64,000 nucleotides of DNA from Dehalococcoidia bacterium (lineage in GTDB: Bacteria; Chloroflexota; Dehalococcoidia; Lucifugimonadales; UBA1127). Both the position numbers and the translations under genes were made by a program. The notes below the pieces were generated by a model. The model was given only the letters and a program-made list of their open reading frames with translations. It made no database searches and was not told the origin of the DNA. The stretch's first letter is position 1. Each line of letters opens with the position of its first letter. The DNA lies in assembly GCA_965116355.1 (NCBI GenBank), contig OZ220679.1, positions 2,273,034-2,337,033 of the forward strand, read 5' to 3'. Below, piece after piece: positions 58,838 through 64,000 of this stretch.

Positions 58838-60028
58838 ATGGCGACAGAGCGGCCACGGCTGCGCATCGGTTTCATTGGGCTCGGGATGGCGGGTTCCGGC
58901 ATGGTGCGGAGCATGTACGAGCACCCGGACGTGAGCATCGCGGCGGCGGCGGACCACCACGCGGGCCCCCGGGAGGCGTTCGCGCGGGACTTCGAGGCGG
59001 AGGTGTTCGAGGACGCGGAGGCGCTGTGCGAGAGCGACAACGTCGACTTCGTCTACGTCGCGACGCCGCACCAGTTCCACAAAGAGCACGTCATCATGGC
59101 GGCGGAGCATGGCAAGCACGTCATCGTGGAGAAGCCGCTGTCGCTGACGCTGGAGGACTGCGACGCGATCATCGAGGCCGTTGACAGGACGGGGGTGAAG
59201 GTGATCGTCGGGCACACGCACAGCTACGACCCGGCCATACGCGTGATGCGGCAGATGATCGCGAGCGGAGACTACGGCAAGCTCGGCATGATCAATACCT
59301 GGAACTATACCAACTTCCTGTACCGGCCGCGGCGGCCGGAGGAGCTGGACACCTCGCTGGGCGGGGGCATCCTGTTCAACCAGGTACCGCACCAGGTGGA
59401 CAGCGTGCGGTTGCTGGGCGGCGGGCTCGTCAAGAGCGTGCGGTCGGCGACAGGAGTCTGGGACGCGTCGCGGCCGACGGAGGGGAGCCACCTGACGTTC
59501 CTGCAGTTCGAGGACGGCGCGGCAGCGTCTATGGTGTACAGCGGCTACGACCACTTCAGCACCGACGAGTTCAACGGCTGGATCGGCGAGGGCGGGGGCG
59601 CAAGCGCTCCCGACAGCCACGGCCGGGCGCGGCGGTCGCTGGCGGGCGTGGGCCGGGACGAGGAGATCTCGCTGCGGACGTCGGTGTACGCGTACAAGGG
59701 GCTCGGCGACCGCACTGCGTCGGGGCCGCAGAACCAGCCCCGGTTCGGCGTCATGGTGGTGAGCTGCGAGGGCGGCGACCTGCGGCCGACGGCCAACGGC
59801 GTCGCGGTGTACACGGCGGAGGGGATGAGCGAGGTCGAAATCCCGGCGGGGCGCGGCGTGCCGGGCCGGGGGGACGTGATGGACGAGCTGTACAACGCCG
59901 TCGTCCACGACGCGCCGCTGGTTCACGACGTCCGGTGGGGCAAGGCGACGCTGGAGGTGTGCCTGGCCATCCTGGAGTCGTCCCGGACTCGGCAGGAGGT
60001 TGTGCTATCGCATCAGGTGGGGTTGTAG
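58838..60028 (+). CDS. Gfo/Idh/MocA family oxidoreductase
   Basis: N-terminal Rossmann LRIGFIGLGMAG and ...HVIVEKPL... are present. An RBS GGGAGGG lies upstream. Confidence 0.85.
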   Translation: MATERPRLRIGFIGLGMAGSGMVRSMYEHPDVSIAAAADHHAGPREAFARDFEAEVFEDAEALCESDNVDFVYVATPHQFHKEHVIMAAEHGKHVIVEKPLSLTLEDCDAIIEAVDRTGVKVIVGHTHSYDPAIRVMRQMIASGDYGKLGMINTWNYTNFLYRPRRPEELDTSLGGGILFNQVPHQVDSVRLLGGGLVKSVRSATGVWDASRPTEGSHLTFLQFEDGAAASMVYSGYDHFSTDEFNGWIGEGGGASAPDSHGRARRSLAGVGRDEEISLRTSVYAYKGLGDRTASGPQNQPRFGVMVVSCEGGDLRPTANGVAVYTAEGMSEVEIPAGRGVPGRGDVMDELYNAVVHDAPLVHDVRWGKATLEVCLAILESSRTRQEVVLSHQVGL

Positions 60029-60044
60029 ACAGGGGTGTAGTCGC

Positions 60045-60082
60045 GCCCTTCGACAGGCTCAGGGCGGATTCAGGGCAAACGG
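60045..60082. repeat. Mosaic intergenic repeat, copy 6 (module A)
   Basis: GCCCTTCGACAGGCTCAGGGCGGATTCAGGGCAAACGG, directly after the Gfo/Idh/MocA stop. Confidence 0.65.
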
Positions 60083-60099
60083 TGGACAGGAGGACGGAC

Positions 60100-61146
60100 G
60101 TGAAGATTGCAGTGATTGGCGCGGGGGCGATCGGTGGGACGCTGGGCGGGCACATGACGCGCGGGGGCGAGGACGTGACGATCTTCGACCCGTGGCAGGA
60201 GCACGTCGACAAGATGCGGAACGACGGGCTGTTCCTCGACGGGGTGCAGGGCGAGCACCTGGTGCAGGTGGACGCGCGGCACGTGAGCGAGCTGGTCGGC
60301 GCGACGGACAAGTACGACCTCGTCATCTGCGCGGTGAAGTCGTACGACACGCCGTGGGCGATCGACCTGATGCTGCCGCACCTGGCGGAGGGAGGGTTCT
60401 TCGTCAGCCCGCAGAACAGCATCAACGAGGAGCAGATCGCGCCGCTGGTGGGCGCGGACCGGATGATCGGCTGCGTGAGCACGATCTCGGCGTGGCTGAT
60501 GGAGGCCGGGCACGTGCGGCAGACGGGCAGCATGAGCCAGGCGCTCAAGGGCAACGTCTCGTTCACCGTCGGCGAGCTGGACGGGCGGGACACGGAGCGG
60601 GTGCAGATGGTGCGTGAGATCTGGGACCACGCGGGCCACACGACGGTGACGGACAACCTTTGGGGCGAGCGGTGGTCCAAACTGGCCATCAACTGCATGG
60701 CCAACCCGACGGCGGGCATGACGGGGCTGACGAGCCACGAGGTGCGCGCCAACCCGACCTCGCGGGGGATGATGCTGAAGTTTGGCGCGGAGGCCATCCG
60801 CGTGGGGCGCACGCTGGGGCACTCGATTCCGTCGCCGATGAAGGGATTCAGCCTTGACGACATCGAGGCGGCGGCGTGGGAGGGCAACGCGGAGCTGGAG
60901 GCGACGTTCTCCGGGCCGCCGCCGGCGGTGGCGGGATACCCGTCGCTGTACCAGGACGTGATGAAGGGGCGCAAGACGGAGGTCGATTACCTGAATGGGC
61001 TCGTGGCGAAGAAGGGCAAGGAGATCGGCGTCGCGGCGCCGTGGAGCGAGGCGGCGGTGACGGTCATCAAAGGCGTCGAGTCGGGCGAGTTCGCCGTCGG
61101 GATGGAGAACGTGACGCGCGTGGGGCAGATAGCGCGGGCGGGGTAG
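60100..61146 (+). CDS. Ketopantoate reductase family (PanE/ApbA) 2-dehydropantoate 2-reductase-like oxidoreductase
   Basis: GTG 60100 follows AGGAGG. VKIAVIGAGAIGG..., ...VKSYDT... and ...SLYQDVMKGRKTEVDYLNG... are present. Confidence 0.8.
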   Translation: MKIAVIGAGAIGGTLGGHMTRGGEDVTIFDPWQEHVDKMRNDGLFLDGVQGEHLVQVDARHVSELVGATDKYDLVICAVKSYDTPWAIDLMLPHLAEGGFFVSPQNSINEEQIAPLVGADRMIGCVSTISAWLMEAGHVRQTGSMSQALKGNVSFTVGELDGRDTERVQMVREIWDHAGHTTVTDNLWGERWSKLAINCMANPTAGMTGLTSHEVRANPTSRGMMLKFGAEAIRVGRTLGHSIPSPMKGFSLDDIEAAAWEGNAELEATFSGPPPAVAGYPSLYQDVMKGRKTEVDYLNGLVAKKGKEIGVAAPWSEAAVTVIKGVESGEFAVGMENVTRVGQIARAG

Positions 61147-61151
61147 GGGGC

Positions 61152-61225
61152 GCCCTTCGACAGGCCCAGGGCGATCGGCACCACCCTGCCCCATTGGATT
61201 CCTGCCTTCGCAGGAATGACGGGGT
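61152..61225. repeat. Mosaic intergenic repeat, copy 7 (modules A + C)
   Basis: Module A is GCCCTTCGACAGGCCCAGGGCGATCGG. Module C is the hairpin ATTCCTGC-CTTC-GCAGGAAT (61198-61217), followed by GACGGGG. Confidence 0.7.
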
Positions 61226-61285
61226 AGTTTGTTCGGGGCGAACGGGCTCGGCTTGGAACGAGAAACTCATTGAGGAGCGGACTGT

Positions 61286-62041
61286 ATGGACCTGGAACTG
61301 GAAGGCAAGCGGGCAATCGTGACCGGTGGCAGCCGGGGGATTGGGAAGCAGATTGCGCGGGTGCTTGGGGAAGAGGGCGTGGACATCGCCATTGCGGCGC
61401 GGGACGCGGAGCGGTTGGCGACGGCGGCGGAGGAGCTGGCGACGGCGACGGGGCGGCGCGTGCTGCCGTACACCGTCGACACGGGCAACGACGCGTCGGT
61501 GCGGGACATGGTGGACCGCGCGGCGGCGGACCTCGGCGGCGTCGACATCCTGATCAACGGAGCGGCGATGCCCGGCGGCTTTGCCCGCCCGCCAACGCTC
61601 TCGGAGGTTACAGTCGAGGCCTTCTGGGACGACATGAACGTCAAGGTGATGGGGTACCTGCGATGCGCGCAGGCGGTGGCGCCCCACATGATCTCGCAGG
61701 GATGGGGCCGGATCATCAACCTGAGCGGCATGGCGGCGCGGCAGAGCGGGACGGTCATCGGCAGCATGCGCAACGTGGCGGTGGTGGCGATGACGAAGAA
61801 CCTGGCCGACGAGCTGGGCGAGCACGGCATCAACGTGACGGTCGTGCATCCCGGCGCCACCCGCACGGAGCGCACGACACCCGAGGCCGAGGAGCGGCTG
61901 GCGGGCAACACGGTGCGCCAGGTCATCGACGCAGCGGACGTGGCGAACGTGGTCGCGTTCCTGTGCTCGCCGAAGGCCGTGGCGGTTACCGGCGACGTGA
62001 TCGCGGCTGGCGGCGGCGTGGGGCGGGCGATCCACTACTAA
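61286..62041 (+). CDS. SDR family oxidoreductase
   Basis: ...AIVTGGSRGIG... (TGxxxGxG) is present, with a downstream catalytic region and ...INVTVVHPG... Confidence 0.85.
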   Translation: MDLELEGKRAIVTGGSRGIGKQIARVLGEEGVDIAIAARDAERLATAAEELATATGRRVLPYTVDTGNDASVRDMVDRAAADLGGVDILINGAAMPGGFARPPTLSEVTVEAFWDDMNVKVMGYLRCAQAVAPHMISQGWGRIINLSGMAARQSGTVIGSMRNVAVVAMTKNLADELGEHGINVTVVHPGATRTERTTPEAEERLAGNTVRQVIDAADVANVVAFLCSPKAVAVTGDVIAAGGGVGRAIHY

Positions 62042-62061
62042 ACCGGTGGCGGAGCCAAGGC

Positions 62062-64000
62062 ATGACACAGGTGAGGGAGGGCGACCTGCTGTGGTCGCCG
62101 TCCAAGGAGCGGAAGGCGCAGGCCAACATCACGCGCTACATGGCGTGGCTACGGGAGTCGCGGGGGCTGAGCTTCACGTCGTACGAGGAGCTGTGGCGCT
62201 GGTCCGTTGACGACATGGAGGCGTTCTGGGGCAGCGTGTGGGAGTACTTTGGCGTGCGGGCGCATCGGCCGTACGAGCGCGTGCTGGCCGACAGGAGCAT
62301 GCCGGGGGCGCGGTGGTTCACGGGCGCGGAGATCAACTACGCAGAGCATGCGCTCGCGCGGCGTGACGGACACACGGCGTTGCTGTACCGGAACGAGGAC
62401 GGCGACGGGGGCGAGGTCACATACGCCGAGCTCGCTTGCCAAGTGGCGTCGGTCGCGGCGGGGCTGCGCCGGCTGGGCGTCGGGCGCGGCGACCGGGTGG
62501 CGGCGTACCTGCCGAACATCCCAGAGGCTGTCGTGGCATTGCTTGCGACGGCGAGCATCGGCGCGGTGTGGTCCTCGTGCTCGCCGGACTTTGGCGAGCG
62601 CAGCGTGGTCGACCGGTTCCAACAGATCGAGCCGACTGTGCTGATCACCGTCGACGGGTACCGGTACGGCGGGCGGGAGTTCGACCGGACGGGGGTCTCG
62701 GAGGAGATACGCCGCAGCCTGCCGAGTCTGAAGGCGATGGTCGTCGTCGAGAACATCGACGGTCGGGAGCTGCCCGAGGGCGCGGTGCGATGGGATGACC
62801 TGCTGGGCGAGAACGCGGAACCGGTCTTCGAGCCTGTGCCGTTCGACCACCCGCTGTGGGTGCTGTACTCGTCGGGGACGACGGGGCTGCCCAAGGCGGT
62901 CGTGCAGAGCCAGGGCGGCATACTGGTAGAGCACCTGAAGGCGCTGTCGCTGCACCTCGACCTCACGGAGCACGACCGGTTCTTCTGGTTCAGCACGACC
63001 GGCTGGATGATGTGGAACTTCCTTGTGGGCGGGCTGTTGGTGGGATCGACGTGCATCCTGTACGACGGGAACCCCGGGCACCCCGACCTGAACGCGCTTT
63101 GGCGGCTGGCGCAGGACACGGGCATGACCTACTTCGGGACGAGCGCGCCGTTCGTCGCGGCTTGCATGAAGGCGGGCATCGAGCCGGGGCGGGACTTCGA
63201 CCTGAGCGCGCTGCGGGGCATGGGCTCGACGGCGTCACCGCTGCCGCCGGAGGGCTTCGCGTGGGTGTACGAGCACGTCAAGCGGGACATCGTGCTGGGC
63301 TCGGCGAGCGGGGGGACGGACGTGTGCACGGCGCAGGCGGGGCCATGCCCGATCGTGCCGGTGCACGCGGGAGAGCTGCAGTGCTCGTTGCTGGGCGTCA
63401 AGCTGGAGTCGTACGACGAGGCGGGGCAGCCGGGGATTGGGCGCGTGGGGGAGCTCGTCGTCACGGAGCCGATGCCGTCGATGCCCATCTTCCTGTGGGG
63501 CGACGCAGACGGGAGCCGGCACCGGGAGAGCTACTTCGGGATGTACCCGGGCATCTGGCGGCACGGCGACTGGGTGAAAGTGACGGAGCGGGGAAGCTGC
63601 GTGATTTACGGCCGGTCCGACTCGACGCTGAACCGGGGCGGCGTGCGAATGGGCACGAGCGAGTTCTACAGCGTCGTAGAGGAGTTTCCGGAGGTGGCCG
63701 ACAGCCTGGTAGTCGACACGAGCACACTGGGCGCGGAGGGACAGCTGCTGCTGTTCCTGGTGATGCGGGAGGGCGAGGAGCTGGACGAGAGGTTGACGGC
63801 GCGGGTGAAGGAGCGGATCCGGTCGGCGCTGTCACCGCGGCACGTGCCGAACGCGATCTTCGCAGCGCTGTCGGTGCCGCGGACGCTGAACGGCAAGAAG
63901 GTGGAGGTGCCGGTGAAGCGCATCCTGCAGGGGGCCCCGGCGCGAGAGGTGGCGGCGGAGGCGTCGATGGCAAACCCGGAGGCGCTGGCGTACTTTGTGG
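62062..64000 (+). CDS. Acetoacetate--CoA ligase (acetoacetyl-CoA synthetase), 3' end outside the window
   Basis: It is absent from the ORF track because no stop codon falls in the window. Manual translation gives MTQVREGDLLWSPSKERKAQANITRYMAWL...FWGSVWEYF..., the AMP-binding motif LYSSGTTGLPKAVV, and ...ANPEALAYF at the window edge. Confidence 0.85.
   Translation, partial: MTQVREGDLLWSPSKERKAQANITRYMAWLRESRGLSFTSYEELWRWSVDDMEAFWGSVWEYFGVRAHRPYERVLADRSMPGARWFTGAEINYAEHALARRDGHTALLYRNEDGDGGEVTYAELACQVASVAAGLRRLGVGRGDRVAAYLPNIPEAVVALLATASIGAVWSSCSPDFGERSVVDRFQQIEPTVLITVDGYRYGGREFDRTGVSEEIRRSLPSLKAMVVVENIDGRELPEGAVRWDDLLGENAEPVFEPVPFDHPLWVLYSSGTTGLPKAVVQSQGGILVEHLKALSLHLDLTEHDRFFWFSTTGWMMWNFLVGGLLVGSTCILYDGNPGHPDLNALWRLAQDTGMTYFGTSAPFVAACMKAGIEPGRDFDLSALRGMGSTASPLPPEGFAWVYEHVKRDIVLGSASGGTDVCTAQAGPCPIVPVHAGELQCSLLGVKLESYDEAGQPGIGRVGELVVTEPMPSMPIFLWGDADGSRHRESYFGMYPGIWRHGDWVKVTERGSCVIYGRSDSTLNRGGVRMGTSEFYSVVEEFPEVADSLVVDTSTLGAEGQLLLFLVMREGEELDERLTARVKERIRSALSPRHVPNAIFAALSVPRTLNGKKVEVPVKRILQGAPAREVAAEASMANPEALAYFV

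Noticed and set aside
1-64000. A scan of the whole window for CRISPR arrays, rRNA genes, and intact transposases or IS elements.
   Set aside because: - No regularly spaced direct repeats of 24-40 nt with unique spacers were seen.
- No rRNA-like conserved stretches were found.
- No transposase- or IS-like ORFs with terminal inverted repeats were found.
- The only mobile-element trace is the degenerate integrase-like fragment near 29 kb.

Overview
High-GC bacterial chromosomal segment, with G+C well above 60% by eye. It is densely coding on both strands and looks like core genome with one small accessory patch. The phylum is not determinable from this window alone; a Chloroflexota/Thermomicrobia-like or actinobacterial background is only a guess.

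Main blocks, left to right:
- Two universal-stress-protein paralogs, followed by a selD gene that only becomes full length if an in-frame TGA (2475-2477) is read as selenocysteine. A hairpin downstream of the TGA fits a bacterial SECIS.
- A secreted HExxH metallopeptidase, a radical-SAM (SplB/COG1533-like) protein and two VOC-fold proteins.
- A complete caa3-type cytochrome c oxidase cluster: ctaG, then subunits II (with fused cytochrome c), I, III and IV, then a fused heme A synthase/heme O synthase gene.
- The infC-rpmI-rplT operon (infC with a non-AUG start) and pyrD.
- An uncharacterised four-gene operon of His-rich, secreted and membrane proteins (16389-19838). I rate this the best candidate for an undescribed system, probably metal handling.
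- A stand-alone ftsZ; DUF1330, HAD and FumC-like genes; and a tRNA-Leu(CAG)/tRNA-Arg(GCG)/tRNA-Val(UAC) cluster.
- A 1209-aa fused full-length ABC exporter.
- A lower-GC, gene-poor accessory patch (about 28.6-32.5 kb) with a decayed integrase-like remnant and several orphan genes.
- An NCS2 permease with an extra C-terminal domain, a membrane-anchored protein built from roughly 69-aa tandem repeats, an archaeal-type PEP carboxylase and a Rieske oxygenase.
- A heme uptake and degradation operon (hmuTUV, an IsdG/MhuD-like monooxygenase and a SIP reductase) with a strong promoter and an overlapping inverted repeat.
- metE behind a compact terminator/attenuator leader, and an ABC-2 exporter pair.
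- A cobT-cobS-cobC-cobU nucleotide-loop/cobinamide-salvage operon.
- ilvD, a collagen-like lipoprotein, an MFS transporter, oxidoreductases and a 3'-truncated acetoacetyl-CoA synthetase.

A mosaic family of short hairpin-containing intergenic repeats recurs at seven or more intergenic sites. No rRNA genes, CRISPR arrays or intact mobile elements were seen. Many long ORFs in the six-frame track are antisense or alternate-frame artefacts of the high GC content.
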